A stretch of 64,000 nt of DNA, taken from positions 9,047 through 73,046 of the forward strand of contig JBEKHN010000011.1 in the NCBI GenBank assembly GCA_050012255.1. Reading direction: 5' to 3'. The first letter of the stretch is position 1. Every line of letters starts with the position of its first letter. Shown here piece after piece: positions 18,211 through 28,956 of this stretch. The notes below the pieces were generated by a model. It saw nothing but the letters and a program-made list of their open reading frames with translations, was not told the DNA's origin and made no database searches. This DNA comes from Candidatus Bathyarchaeia archaeon. Its GTDB lineage: Archaea; Thermoproteota; Bathyarchaeia; Bathyarchaeales; Bathycorpusculaceae. Made by a program: the position numbers and the translations under genes.

Positions 18211-18991
18211 TTCTTGGGATGTAGATCCCAGTGGGGTCTATCGCTCTCAGAAGCTCAAGCTCCTCGCACGTGGGCAGGTCCGTGGTGGGCACGTCCTTCG
18301 GCACGATCAGGTCAAAGCCCGTGTTCTCAAGAACCTGCTCAACCGTCACGCCCGGATGCACCGTTGCCAACCTTACGCGTTTTGTTTTAGGGTCAAAGTC
18401 CATTTGACAGAGGTTTGTGACCACGAGTGATGGCCCACCTCCGCGTAACCCAGCCTTTTCTCTGGCTCCAGGTCCGTCAAGGAAGCCTGGACTCGTGAGA
18501 TAGTCCAGTTTTTTCACCATTTTCCTTTTTTCATGCGTCATTATGACCACTGTGCGCTTGGCTGACGACACTATGTCGTTTCCTCCTCCGCTGCCGGGCA
18601 GTCTGACTGATGGCTTTTCGAAGCTTCCAATGTAGGTTGTGTTTATGTTTCCGTACTCGTCGATCTGGGCCGCACCCACGAACCCTAGGTCAACGTGTCC
18701 GCCCTGCAGCATGAGTCCGAGAGTCTCGAACAGACCGATGGCTCCTGACGCGCGCCAACCTAGTCTCGAGTCAGCTATGGACAAGGCTATGTCCTTCGCG
18801 TTTGAATCTATGAACCCTGCCTCGAAAACGATTCTTGCACTGGGCGCGTGCGTTCTCTTTGCCAGCAACGCTGCAATCATGGGTAGGCCTGTTCCTATGA
18901 AAACAACTTCACCGTTCTTTATCAATCTGGAGCCGCAGACCGCCATGAGTTCCAATGTGTTGAAATCTCCGGGTTTTGCGATTTTGGCCAT
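18203..18991 (-). CDS. gctB: family I CoA-transferase beta subunit (glutaconate CoA-transferase-like)
   Basis: VFIGTGLP, FEAG, GAAQIDEYGNIN, RLPGSGGGND, YLTSPG. Confidence 0.82.
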   Translation of the reverse strand: MAKIAKPGDFNTLELMAVCGSRLIKNGEVVFIGTGLPMIAALLAKRTHAPSARIVFEAGFIDSNAKDIALSIADSRLGWRASGAIGLFETLGLMLQGGHVDLGFVGAAQIDEYGNINTTYIGSFEKPSVRLPGSGGGNDIVSSAKRTVVIMTHEKRKMVKKLDYLTSPGFLDGPGAREKAGLRGGGPSLVVTNLCQMDFDPKTKRVRLATVHPGVTVEQVLENTGFDLIVPKDVPTTDLPTCEELELLRAIDPTGIYIPRTK

Positions 18992-19008
18992 ATTTCTCTT
19001 TCCTCCTT

Positions 19009-19935
19009 CTAGTACGGGAACGGCTTTTTCGCCCTGAGCTTCATCAGTCGTTCAATGCCTATCTTCTGCAGGAACTCATAGTGACCGTCGACGCTTGTTA
19101 TGTAATCTTCACAGTATTTTTGCCACCCTTCCTCCGTCTTGCACTGGTCATAGTACATGCGAACATGCTCCATGTCATAGTCGTAATAGTTGTAAACCAT
19201 CATCGGATGCGAGCCCCATGGGCACTCAACGACATGAGTAACGTAGATGTTGGGGATAACCGTCTGGTCAGGCTGAGATCGAATAAATTCAGTGTCCACG
19301 ATTTCCTCGGCCGTAACGATGACCTTCTTTCCAGCCCTTGCCCCTTCCACGTCTTCGCCCCTGATTCCGTCTATCTGCACGTTTCCTTCTCGGTCCACGC
19401 GTGAAGCGTGCACTATGCTGAAGTCTGGACGAACTGATGGGACGAGGACCACTTTTTCTCCCGTGAATGGACAATTGATCACTTCTGCCTTCTTGTCCCT
19501 GAACCTCTTTTTTGCAAGCATGTCGGTTGCCAGCATGCTTTTGAGCGGCATGAAAGGGACTCCGAGCGCACCGCCGAAGAAACGTAGAACCATCGCAAGG
19601 TTTGAATAATCTTCTATTTCGATGGCACCCTCACGGATTCTCCTCTGAATGTTAGGCACCAGACCTATGCCCTCAATCGCGTAGAAAGCCAGCTCGTACC
19701 GTGAAACGACCCGCGCGCCTGACAGGATGTCAATATCCATTTCTGACCCGCAAGTGTAGATTGTCAAATCTCTCTTCTTCTGCCTGACAAGCTCGTAAGC
19801 GAAAGCCATAGCCGGACGCTGGAAACCGAAGCCTCCCCAGAAAAGGTGAGAGCCATCTGGAACAAGCTTCACGGCCTCTTTCAGTGTTATCCTCTTATCT
19901 TCGACCGGGGCCTCAACCAAATTTTCACCAGCCAT
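19009..19935 (-). CDS. gctA: family I CoA-transferase alpha subunit
   Basis: GALGVPFMP, CPFTGE, HASRVDREGN, VIVTAEEIV, PWGSHP. Confidence 0.82.
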   Translation of the reverse strand: MAGENLVEAPVEDKRITLKEAVKLVPDGSHLFWGGFGFQRPAMAFAYELVRQKKRDLTIYTCGSEMDIDILSGARVVSRYELAFYAIEGIGLVPNIQRRIREGAIEIEDYSNLAMVLRFFGGALGVPFMPLKSMLATDMLAKKRFRDKKAEVINCPFTGEKVVLVPSVRPDFSIVHASRVDREGNVQIDGIRGEDVEGARAGKKVIVTAEEIVDTEFIRSQPDQTVIPNIYVTHVVECPWGSHPMMVYNYYDYDMEHVRMYYDQCKTEEGWQKYCEDYITSVDGHYEFLQKIGIERLMKLRAKKPFPY

Positions 19936-20017
19936 TTAGGCTTGCATAAACGTGTATCCTACACATAGATTTTTCGACTCCACAGTCTTGAGGAGCACGG
20001 CAAACATCACCATTCGC

Positions 20018-21034
20018 TCACGAAAAACCTAATTGTTTAACTATGCATGAAAGCTCGTCTTCCGTCAATTTCCTTGGATAATTGTAGATTGGACCGCTTG
20101 GGTTCTCGTTGTAAAATGGACGGTTGCAGTAAGGACATCCGGACGTGAGAAATGGCTCGCCCGTTTCAATCACCTTCATCAGGGTTTCCCCATCGACTCC
20201 AAAATTAACCAACGAGCCCTGCTCATCAAAACTCATATCTTCATATCGGGCGGTTCCCTGCAAAATCAGGTGCCTTGCAACTTGTATTCGCCTATATGCT
20301 TCAATCGGGGGTCTCTTTTGGCTGGCAAGTGTTGTCCCAGGAATCGGTGTGAAGGCAAAGAGCGCTGGAAGAATCGTCATATCCACGCATTCTTGCATCG
20401 TTTTGATCATCTGCCTTTGGGTTTCTCCAAGTCCAACGATCAGATGTGTACTGACCCTTCCTTTTCCAAAAGTACGCAAGGCTTCATCCAACAGCTGGAA
20501 CTGTCCCTCCCAAGTGTACGGGCCTCCGGCAGAAGAGCCTTTGATTCTCGTGAAGACACTTTTGACTGCCGCGTCTAGGGGTATGCCTATTCTTTCGGCT
20601 CCTGCATCAGCCAACTGGGCTATGTTTTCTCGCGTGGACGGCTGGCACGAGACTGAGATAGGCATGTGAGTTTGTTCGAAGATTGTCTTCACCAGAGCCG
20701 TTAGATGTGTGAAGACTTCAGGATAGTTCAGGGCTTGGAAGCAGACACGTTTTATGTCGGCTTTTTCGTGGGCTCGGGCTATTCCGTTCAGCACAGGTTT
20801 TGTTGGATAGACTGGCCATGAAACCCTTGAAAGCATGTCCGTTCTGCCGCGGCTCTCCCTGGCTTGAGGACAAAAACCACAATTTGCGCTACACTTGCCC
20901 CGTCTGTATGTCATAAGATAGATAGTCGTTGGGGTAGCATCAAGTCTCGCGTTTAACAGTCCAAGGATTACTGCAGAACCTAGGGAGACACGAATCTGCC
21001 TTGGCAAGGGGGTCTTTTTGCTCACATGTCTCAC
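20018..21034 (-). CDS. lipS2: radical SAM lipoyl synthase subunit LipS2
   Basis: CSANCGFC plus the LipS2 signature TSGCPYCNRP. Confidence 0.8.
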   Translation of the reverse strand: MRHVSKKTPLPRQIRVSLGSAVILGLLNARLDATPTTIYLMTYRRGKCSANCGFCPQARESRGRTDMLSRVSWPVYPTKPVLNGIARAHEKADIKRVCFQALNYPEVFTHLTALVKTIFEQTHMPISVSCQPSTRENIAQLADAGAERIGIPLDAAVKSVFTRIKGSSAGGPYTWEGQFQLLDEALRTFGKGRVSTHLIVGLGETQRQMIKTMQECVDMTILPALFAFTPIPGTTLASQKRPPIEAYRRIQVARHLILQGTARYEDMSFDEQGSLVNFGVDGETLMKVIETGEPFLTSGCPYCNRPFYNENPSGPIYNYPRKLTEDELSCIVKQLGFS

Positions 21035-21138
21035 AGCCTGGACATGAAATGGTTTGAAAGGGATGTTTTACAGACTTGCAGAAGTTTTGAGTCGGATTAA
21101 AGAGTTTCTAGCCTTTCATTCGAAAATTCCCCGAGGGC

Positions 21139-21690
21139 ATGTTAAATAAACTGCGAAGTCTTCAAGTACATTTCAAAACCCTGAAGGAGTTCATGCTTGA
21201 AATGTCTGTGGAGATGACTTCTGAAGAGATTGAGCAGTTTCTAGTTTGTGCGCGAGTTGGGAGGCTTGGCATGGTTGTGGATAATGAACCGTACGTAGTC
21301 CCAGTTGGCTTTGGATATTGCAACGGAAAGGTGTTTTTTCACACGTGCGACAAAGGGTTGAAAATGAACGGTCTGAGAAAGAACCCTAGTGTTTGCTTTG
21401 AGGTCGACGAAGCTTTGTCCGACGTAACGATGTTTAAGAGTGTGATTATTCTTGGCAATGCTGAAATCATCAATGAGGAGAAGAAAATGATACCTTATCT
21501 TCAGAAGCTCATCGATAAGTACCGTGTTCCATTGATCTTCGACGAGTATATGAGCAAACCAAGAAGAAACAGGGAAAGCGAACTGAAGGCCGTAAGAATC
21601 TGCGTGATAACTCCACGAAAGGTAACAGGCAGAAGATTTGTACAAAACAAGGCCTTAGCTGACACTGCTGCTTCAGACTCAACTTCATGA
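21139..21690 (+). CDS. pyridoxamine 5'-phosphate oxidase-like FMN-binding protein (NimA family)
   Basis: VGRLG...PYVVP...FH...G.K...NPSVCFEVD...SVI..G. Confidence 0.85.
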   Translation: MLNKLRSLQVHFKTLKEFMLEMSVEMTSEEIEQFLVCARVGRLGMVVDNEPYVVPVGFGYCNGKVFFHTCDKGLKMNGLRKNPSVCFEVDEALSDVTMFKSVIILGNAEIINEEKKMIPYLQKLIDKYRVPLIFDEYMSKPRRNRESELKAVRICVITPRKVTGRRFVQNKALADTAASDSTS

Positions 21691-21830
21691 AACAGATCCA
21701 AAAGTCCGTCAGGAACCAATAAGTGGATGTTGGAAAACACTGAAAAATTAACATGTTTTCTGCTGAAGATTGAGGATTCATAAACGATTTATCTGCAGCG
21801 AAACAAGACCCACAGAAAGGGTGCCCAAAA

Positions 21831-22166
21831 GTGCACAGATCAAAGCTGGAATCATATGAAGCAATTCTGGAAGCCTTGATAAAGAAACCTCTTACAGTCG
21901 ACAGGATAGCATACGAAACCACCATAGACTGCACCGTCCTCAATCGTCGCTTGGACTTCTTGACGGAAAACGGGCTAGTTGAGGAACGACCCTTGCCCAA
22001 GAAAGCGCTGTACGCCATCACAGAAAGAGGCGTGGCGGTTTTTAAAGCCCTGAATTTCAACAGATACCTCGAGAAGATCTCAAGCACACTTTCTGCAATA
22101 GACGAAGCGATGCAGACCATACCGGTGATTTCAAAGGACTGTAAGGAAACAGAAGAAACACGATAA
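21831..22166 (+). CDS. winged-helix transcriptional regulator
   Basis: RSKLE...ILEAL...IAYET...LDFL.ENGLV...YAITERG. Confidence 0.8.
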   Translation: MHRSKLESYEAILEALIKKPLTVDRIAYETTIDCTVLNRRLDFLTENGLVEERPLPKKALYAITERGVAVFKALNFNRYLEKISSTLSAIDEAMQTIPVISKDCKETEETR

Positions 22167-22212
22167 AACGAAAAGTATTAAGCGAGTCATGGGACAATCC
22201 TAACCGAGAACA

Positions 22213-23235
22213 ATGACTAGACTCTCGGCTGAAAGCATCTGGCGCATGAACGAAAGGGAGCTTTTGAACGTTCTGAAAAAGGACGCTTGTGTTGTTAAAC
22301 GTAAGAGAATCCGCTTTTACGCACCAAGCTTCATGTACTATAAAACAAGTCGTTACGCTTCTTCTTCGAGTGATTTTCCGACGATCTCCATAACCGGTAA
22401 GGCGTGCGCTTTGATGTGTAAACACTGTGGTGGAACAGTGCTGAACACGATGTACCCTGCCACGACGCCTGACGCGCTCTTTGAACTGTGTACACGATTG
22501 AAGGAAAAGGGAGCAAAGGGATGCTTGATAAGTGGCGGATGCCTGCCCAACGGGGCTGTGCCTCTCGGAGGGTTTGTGGACTCCATCGCAAGGATCAAGC
22601 ATGAGCTGGGCTTAACAGTGTTTGTGCACACGGGTGTCATCGACCTCAAGACAGCTGAGGGACTCAAGAAAGCCGGAGTCGATGCAGCCCTATTAGACAT
22701 CACTGGTTCGAACGAAACCCTAAAGGAGATCTTCAATCTAGACGCGTCAGTCAAGGATTACGCAAATTCCTTGAAGGCTTTGCATGAAGCTGGAATCGAG
22801 TTTGTACCGCACGTGATCGTGGGGCTGCATTATGGAAAACTTGAAGGTGAGCTGCATGCCTTGAAAATGGTGTCAGAGCTCAACCCTTCAGCACTTGTTA
22901 TAATCGCGTTCATGCCCATACGCGGAACAGAGATGGAGAACGTCAAGCCTCCAGGACCGATCGACGTAGCCAAAGTGATTGCGGCTGCAAGGTTGATGTT
23001 TCCTGACACTCCGTTGGTCCTTGGCTGTATGCGGTCTAGAGATAAGCATAGGTCTGAAACAGAGATCCTCGCCATAGAAGCGGGGGTAGACGCTATCGCG
23101 TTTCCAACTGAAGAGGCAGTTGAATTCGCTGAGAGCCAAGGATACAAAACATCTTTCTCTTCGTTTTGCTGCTCGCAGATCTACTTGGACATGAGAACCT
23201 CCACTACTTTTCGCGTATCACCACCGCTACCATGA
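22213..23235 (+). CDS. lipS1: radical SAM lipoyl synthase subunit LipS1
   Basis: CALMCKHC plus the LipS1 signatures GCMR and C-terminal CC. Confidence 0.8.
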   Translation: MTRLSAESIWRMNERELLNVLKKDACVVKRKRIRFYAPSFMYYKTSRYASSSSDFPTISITGKACALMCKHCGGTVLNTMYPATTPDALFELCTRLKEKGAKGCLISGGCLPNGAVPLGGFVDSIARIKHELGLTVFVHTGVIDLKTAEGLKKAGVDAALLDITGSNETLKEIFNLDASVKDYANSLKALHEAGIEFVPHVIVGLHYGKLEGELHALKMVSELNPSALVIIAFMPIRGTEMENVKPPGPIDVAKVIAAARLMFPDTPLVLGCMRSRDKHRSETEILAIEAGVDAIAFPTEEAVEFAESQGYKTSFSSFCCSQIYLDMRTSTTFRVSPPLP

Positions 23236-24841
23236 CCGCGAACTCTGACATCGCAGTAGCGAGAAAGACTAGCAAAAAGAACGGCGGAGCAAGGAAGAAG
23301 GCCGCAAACGCGCAGACTATCGGTATTGAGGCCACGATGTACCCGGGAATCAAGATCATGATGTAAGTGGTAATTCTTGAGTAGATGTTGCCGACGGCGA
23401 AGCCTTCTTTCCAGAACTTCCTCAGCAAAATCGTCAGTTCCAGCATGATCGCAGCTGCGACAGAGAACGTGTGTATCATTCCCAAAGTCAAGATAAACGA
23501 GAAGCTTTTCCCCAACAAGACTGCGACGATTGAAAGAACGATCATAGAAATCATGTAGGTGACCGTTGACAACAGGGTTTTCGCCGTTACCATCGTCCTT
23601 TTCTTCATAGGAAGATGCCTTGTGTAGGCAGATGCTAAACCCTCAATGGCAAGAAGAGTTGGTGGAAGCAGAAGCGTGATCATTGATATTCCAGTCAGAA
23701 TCCCCAGTGCAGCGCTCGGCCCGACATCGCTGAATGAAGAGAAAGTTATTGCCACAACAATTGTCTGTACAACTGGCAAAAGAAAAAGACTTGCGTATGA
23801 AGGCGCTCTGGACGCCACTCTCAAGTCCTTCCGAATGATTCCTAGCCATGGAATTTGAGGTCTGATGAGCGTGTCCTTCACGATTTCTCTTGGACCTGCA
23901 GCAAATCCTCCGACCCCGATCTTTCTAACGGTCCGCGTGACCCACTTTAGACAGTAGTACGCAGCAACCACATATGCGACTGACGCGATAGTCGAAAGAC
24001 CTAGAGTGACGTTGTCAACTCCGTGAAGGAACGTTGCATAGGACACTAGAAACCCGTAGGAAAACGGGTAAACCAGAACTAGAATCTGGGAAATCGAAGA
24101 AAAACCCTGCGCAAGATGCGCAAACGATTGAACTATTTCTCCCGCGAAATTCACGACAAAGTATGCGGCAAAGGTTGGCAGAAGCCACACAAGCATGAAC
24201 CCAAATCTCAGAAAAGTCTTCCATTTCGATTTGCCCCCTGCCCGTGCGACTCTTAGGTAGAAAAATTGAGCGGAAACCGTGGTGAGAGCCAGGGCGAAGA
24301 TCTCGGTGACTCCGATGCCTACGACAGACACTATGCCCCCTAGGATCGAGCCGCCGATGACGAAGTAGACGGAGAGAAAGATGATTGCTGCTGCAACTAG
24401 AGGTATGTCGAAGATTCTGATGAAACATAGAAATATTGTTCTTGAGATTTCCTTTTTTGAAAGCGGAAGAGGACTGAGGACATCCACAATTTTTGAGGAT
24501 ACAAAAGACGTTGACATCTGCAGCCCCATGAAAACTATCAAGAAGAGTACGACGGCAAGGAAAGCCGAGACGCCGCCTTGGACCGCTATTTCTCTCGGCA
24601 GGGCTGTACTGACGCCGCTGATTGTTAGAGGAAGGAACACTACTCCTGCGAAGATAGCGATGAAAACTGTCGTGACCAGCTTACTGATCAGAGTGTTTAT
24701 CCTGGCGCTAGCGACGAGTTGTTTGACGTCTCTTCTACCGCTTTGAGGCAGGGATGAGCCTGCACGAAGGGAAAAGATGGATTGGAACGAGACTTCTTTG
24801 TACACTTTGCCCGACAAGCGCCAAAGCTCAGAGAATCTCAC
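23204..24841 (-). CDS. ABC exporter permease
   Basis: 545 aa, many TM segments, directly downstream of an ABC ATPase. Confidence 0.8.
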   Translation of the reverse strand: MRFSELWRLSGKVYKEVSFQSIFSLRAGSSLPQSGRRDVKQLVASARINTLISKLVTTVFIAIFAGVVFLPLTISGVSTALPREIAVQGGVSAFLAVVLFLIVFMGLQMSTSFVSSKIVDVLSPLPLSKKEISRTIFLCFIRIFDIPLVAAAIIFLSVYFVIGGSILGGIVSVVGIGVTEIFALALTTVSAQFFYLRVARAGGKSKWKTFLRFGFMLVWLLPTFAAYFVVNFAGEIVQSFAHLAQGFSSISQILVLVYPFSYGFLVSYATFLHGVDNVTLGLSTIASVAYVVAAYYCLKWVTRTVRKIGVGGFAAGPREIVKDTLIRPQIPWLGIIRKDLRVASRAPSYASLFLLPVVQTIVVAITFSSFSDVGPSAALGILTGISMITLLLPPTLLAIEGLASAYTRHLPMKKRTMVTAKTLLSTVTYMISMIVLSIVAVLLGKSFSFILTLGMIHTFSVAAAIMLELTILLRKFWKEGFAVGNIYSRITTYIMILIPGYIVASIPIVCAFAAFFLAPPFFLLVFLATAMSEFAVMVAVVIREK

Positions 24842-24847
24842 TGCATT

Positions 24848-25621
24848 TTACTCCTCTTCTAAGGCCTTTATTATGTCCTGCATCCCGGCTTCCTGCTCTG
24901 TCACTTTCAAGAAAATGTCTTCTAAGGAACCTTCTGCGCTTCTGACAAGTTTGCGGAGATCGGCAACCGTGCCTTCTCCGACGATTTTGCCCTTGTTTAT
25001 TATTCCAACTCTTGTGCACAGTTTTTCCGCGACTTCCATGATGTGGGTCGAGAATATGACGGCTCCGCCCTTCTTGGCGTGAAAGGTTACAAGTTCCTTG
25101 AGAATCTTCGAAGACCGTGCGTCCAAGCCTATCAGAGGTTCGTCCAAGATCAGGAGTTTCGGATCGTGCAGCAGGGCCGAGACAACAGCGACTTTCTGCT
25201 TGTTGCCCATAGACAAAGCCGCGATCGGAGTGTCAAAGTACTCCCTGAGTTCAAAAGCGGACACGAACCTTTCAAGCTTGGAGTTGACAACTTCCCTGTC
25301 CAAGCGTCTTATTGAAGCTACAAACTCGAAAAACTCTCTCGGCGTGAGCGAATCAAGAAGCACAACCTCTTCTGGGACATAGCCGATTTTACTCTTCGCC
25401 GCGACTTCATCCGAGAGCGGCGTATCGTAGATCTCAACTTTTCCCGCACGTGGCTCCAGAACTCCCACAAGAACCTTGATCGTACTCGTCTTGCCCGCAC
25501 CGTTAGGACCCAGCAACCCATAGATTTCCCCGTTCTTCACGGTGAACGATAGGTTTTCAACCGCCACGAAAGAACCATAACTGACAACAAGGTCTTGGAC
25601 GTTAACAGCAACGGTCTCCAT
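24848..25621 (-). CDS. ABC transporter ATP-binding protein
   Basis: GPNGAGKT, LSMGNKQK, LILDEP, STH. Confidence 0.93.
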   Translation of the reverse strand: METVAVNVQDLVVSYGSFVAVENLSFTVKNGEIYGLLGPNGAGKTSTIKVLVGVLEPRAGKVEIYDTPLSDEVAAKSKIGYVPEEVVLLDSLTPREFFEFVASIRRLDREVVNSKLERFVSAFELREYFDTPIAALSMGNKQKVAVVSALLHDPKLLILDEPLIGLDARSSKILKELVTFHAKKGGAVIFSTHIMEVAEKLCTRVGIINKGKIVGEGTVADLRKLVRSAEGSLEDIFLKVTEQEAGMQDIIKALEEE

Positions 25622-25993
25622 GTTTAGCCCTTCAACGCGTGAATCATAGTTTTTCTTGATTGGTTGCCTTAATACGTTTCCCTAAACAACAGCCAACTGG
25701 CACAACCTGACCGTAGGTTTCGAACAGGTTCGAAGTGTCTGACCCGGGGGTTCTGCCACAGCGTAACCGAACAAGTGGTTAGTCACTGGAATGCGAAATG
25801 CCCCTTGCCATGTCGGAACCAATGATCACAACCCAAAGCGATGCTGAAAGCGCAGACAGTGCCTCCGGAATATTAGCACCTGGAACGTACCGCCACAGGA
25901 ACCTTGCAATCCACACGCGCGCGCTGTCTCCTCGGTCTATCTTATCGCCACTGACTGTTTTTGAAAGATGTGAGCTCATGCGTCTTAGTCGGG

Positions 25994-27118
25994 TCACACG
26001 GGAACAAATCGTCTGAGTCTCTGTAAGCACCGTAATTTCTCTGCGTTGCCAATCCTTGCCTCTTGGACTGATTGTCTCAGGATTTGGATGGACTCGTCCA
26101 TTGCCTCGCGGTTAACAGGGTACGGCACGCCGTCTTTTCCTCCGTACGCAAAGGAATACTTCACAGGGTCTTTCCAGCTTGGCTTTTCGCCATAAAGCAG
26201 TTCTGCAATCAACGCGAGTCCTCTTACCGTAGCCGGTCCGACACCCTTGAAGCCAAGCAGCTCCTCGTAGTTGCTGGGTTGGAACTCGTAGATTTGCTTC
26301 ATCGTTCTCCAGTTTGTGTTCCATGGCATGCATAAAACATCCGGCAGTTCTTTGTTCCATCTGGCTTCTGCGGCTGCTGGCAACCATTCACTCAGCGATT
26401 TTTGAAGATGAGGCCTCACAGACACAACCAGTCGCATGAGCTTCTTGGTGGGTTCCTTGGCCACGTCTACAGAAGCTTTCCTGCTTCCTTCACTTTCTCG
26501 AGCGGTCATGTCCAACGCGCACTGACGTTTCGTGTCGCCGACGATTGCGCTGTGAGGTTCAACGACGAACTCTTCCAGTTTCTCGGAGAGCCAGTGATAG
26601 CGTCTTGCGGTTCGATCTTGTGCGCACATGCCTTGCTGGACGACTGCCCATTTCCTGTTCTCCGCAACGAAGAACGCGTGATGATAGAGCTGATAGCCTG
26701 CTTGGATCGCAGTGTTGTCAACCTTTGCACTCATCCTGCTTGCATAACGCAGACTCTCGATGTTTTCAGTTGGAAAGCCAAACTTCTCTCCAACAGTCTG
26801 GATCTCCTCAGGCGCCAGACGGGAGAACTTGCCCTTCCCGCCGCAAACCGCGATACCGTGCTCCTCAGGAATGATTGCCTGTTTGAGGATCGCCGTGACA
26901 ACGGTGGTCACTCCTGACGAGTGCCAGTCATACCCTAGAACACAGCCTAGGGCCTGAAACCAGAAAGGGTCAGAGATTCGCTTCAAGAACTCGTTTGAAC
27001 CATACTCGTCGACGATGATGGTGACCATTTCTTTGGCGAGTTTTCGCATTCGAACGATGAGGTACATCGGTGCTTTTCCGTAATGAAGTGGAAGCTTGGC
27101 AATCCCTGTCCTCTGCAT
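25994..27118 (-). CDS. DUF763 family protein
   Basis: LPLHYGKAP, DPFWFQALG...DWHSSG.TT, AKVDNTAIQ, VVQQGM, AYGGKDGVPYPV. Confidence 0.85.
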   Translation of the reverse strand: MQRTGIAKLPLHYGKAPMYLIVRMRKLAKEMVTIIVDEYGSNEFLKRISDPFWFQALGCVLGYDWHSSGVTTVVTAILKQAIIPEEHGIAVCGGKGKFSRLAPEEIQTVGEKFGFPTENIESLRYASRMSAKVDNTAIQAGYQLYHHAFFVAENRKWAVVQQGMCAQDRTARRYHWLSEKLEEFVVEPHSAIVGDTKRQCALDMTARESEGSRKASVDVAKEPTKKLMRLVVSVRPHLQKSLSEWLPAAAEARWNKELPDVLCMPWNTNWRTMKQIYEFQPSNYEELLGFKGVGPATVRGLALIAELLYGEKPSWKDPVKYSFAYGGKDGVPYPVNREAMDESIQILRQSVQEARIGNAEKLRCLQRLRRFVPV

Positions 27119-27160
27119 CGGAACACCGCTCGTAATACAAGTGCTCCACAAATGGTTTAA

Positions 27161-27649
27161 TCATTTTCCTTTCTTCTTCAGAATGTGACCTTCTCTGTCG
27201 GTCTCGCCCGTGCGGATCCGTGTTGTCGAGATTGCCACGTGATTTTGGGAGGGGACCATGTCAATCACAATTATTTCAAGGGGATCTATTCCGATTTCTT
27301 TTCTCTTTTGGTTGATTTTAAGAGCGACGGGCTTCGTCTCGTCGCTGACGACCAATGCTTCGATAGGATCTTTAGAAAGCAGCACACCGCCATAAGCATC
27401 ATTTATTGGAATTATTTCCGCTCTCTGCAGTACTCCTTGATATTTTAGGAAATCTCTCAGCTCTCTCGTGCGCTCCTCGTAAGATGCCGTCTGGTGAGGC
27501 TTGTCCATTTTTCTAGCAAATTCGTCTGAAGAGACGCCGATCATCACGCGTTCGCCTATTTCAAAAGCTTTATTGAGCAATGCTCTGTGTCCCTTGTGAA
27601 GCTCGTCGAAAGTGCCGCCAAGACCGACAGTTCTGAACTTTTTCCGCAT
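27161..27649 (-). CDS. coaD: archaeal phosphopantetheine adenylyltransferase
   Basis: GGTFDELHKGH, VVSDET, ISTTRIR.GE.D; start MRKKF at 27649. Confidence 0.9.
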   Translation of the reverse strand: MRKKFRTVGLGGTFDELHKGHRALLNKAFEIGERVMIGVSSDEFARKMDKPHQTASYEERTRELRDFLKYQGVLQRAEIIPINDAYGGVLLSKDPIEALVVSDETKPVALKINQKRKEIGIDPLEIIVIDMVPSQNHVAISTTRIRTGETDREGHILKKKGK

Positions 27650-27686
27650 CGATTTCACGTTTAACGCGTCTGGACTGTTTATGAGA

Positions 27687-28955
27687 CTATTTTGGTTTGA
27701 TCCTGTCAATCGTGACATCGAGTATCTTCCTTGCAACTTCTCGCTTCTTGGCCAGTGGCACATGCACTATGCTCTTCTCCTTGTCAATTATGAAAACCTC
27801 GTTGGTATCGGTTGCGAAGCCAACCCCCTTCTTTCCCACGTCGTTTACGACGATAATATCTGCATTGGCTTTCAGCAGCCTCTTGTACGCGCTCTCAATC
27901 AGCCTCTTCTTGGGCAGCCTGTATTCAGCGCGGAATGCTACGAGAAAAGTTCGGGGACTCACCTTTTTCACGCTGTCTATGATCTTCGCTGTGGGCTTCA
28001 GCTTCAAATCAAGCGAACGCAACTTGTGCGACGAAACCTTGTACGAAAACGGTTTCTCAAGCGCCCAATCAGCAGCCGCAGCAACAGCTATGACCAAATC
28101 ATACTTCCTAGAATTCAGTTCAGAAACGACCGCCTCATGCATCTGCCGTGTTGACTCAACTCTGAGCACATGAGCTCTTGAAGGAGGAGCTTCTGTTCCT
28201 GAACCGTAGACGAGTGTCACTTCTGCTCCCCGGCTCAAGGCTTCCTCTGCTATTGCAACGCCCATTTTTCCAGAGCTTTTGTTCGTGACGACGCGAACTG
28301 GGTCTATGTGCTCCAAGGTTGCGCCCGCCGTGATCAACACATTCAGACCCGAGAAATCCTGCCTGACCGTGAGTCTACGGATAACCGCATCAACGATTTC
28401 TTCGGTCTTAGCGATTTTTGCCTTTCCCTCCTCGAATCTTGGACCTGCGAATTCTACTCCCAGAGCTTTGAGTTCTTTGACGTTCTTAATCAATATCGGA
28501 TGGTTGTACATGGATTCATGCATCGCTGGAACAATGATTATTGGACAGTTTGAGCCGAAGGCCGTTGAGACGACGGATGTGACCGTGGTGTCATCAATCC
28601 CGCAGGCGATCTTGCTTATGGTGTTTGCTGTGGCAGGTGCCACTAGGACAAGGTCGACCCTCAAGGAGTGCTCGCCGACCAAGGCCACGTGTTCAATTTT
28701 GCCAGTCAGCTCTGTTATCACTTCGTTCCCCGTCGCCCATTCCATCAGATAAGGGTGAACGATTTTCCTAGCCATCGACGACATCACAGCGAACACTTCG
28801 GCGCCATGTCGCATCATGGCACGTGCAATCTCTGGACTCTGAACAGCAGCCACGCTGCCGGTTACACACAGAACTATACGCTTTGACCTCAGCTCACTGC
28901 CTTGAGTTCCAATAATGTGCTTCGACGGATGCGTTGACAAGACTGATCCCTCCAA
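27687..28955 (-). CDS. coaBC: phosphopantothenoylcysteine decarboxylase/synthetase
   Basis: TGSVAA, APATANTISKIA.GIDD, PAMHESM, IDPVR..TNKSSGKMG. Confidence 0.95.
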   Translation of the reverse strand: MEGSVLSTHPSKHIIGTQGSELRSKRIVLCVTGSVAAVQSPEIARAMMRHGAEVFAVMSSMARKIVHPYLMEWATGNEVITELTGKIEHVALVGEHSLRVDLVLVAPATANTISKIACGIDDTTVTSVVSTAFGSNCPIIIVPAMHESMYNHPILIKNVKELKALGVEFAGPRFEEGKAKIAKTEEIVDAVIRRLTVRQDFSGLNVLITAGATLEHIDPVRVVTNKSSGKMGVAIAEEALSRGAEVTLVYGSGTEAPPSRAHVLRVESTRQMHEAVVSELNSRKYDLVIAVAAAADWALEKPFSYKVSSHKLRSLDLKLKPTAKIIDSVKKVSPRTFLVAFRAEYRLPKKRLIESAYKRLLKANADIIVVNDVGKKGVGFATDTNEVFIIDKEKSIVHVPLAKKREVARKILDVTIDRIKPK

Positions 28956-28956
28956 C

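Noticed and set aside
25625-25990. 365-bp gap as RNase P/SRP RNA or a small gene
   Set aside because: No GAGGAAAGUCC or SRP helix-8 motif found on either strand, and the short ORFs are unconvincing.
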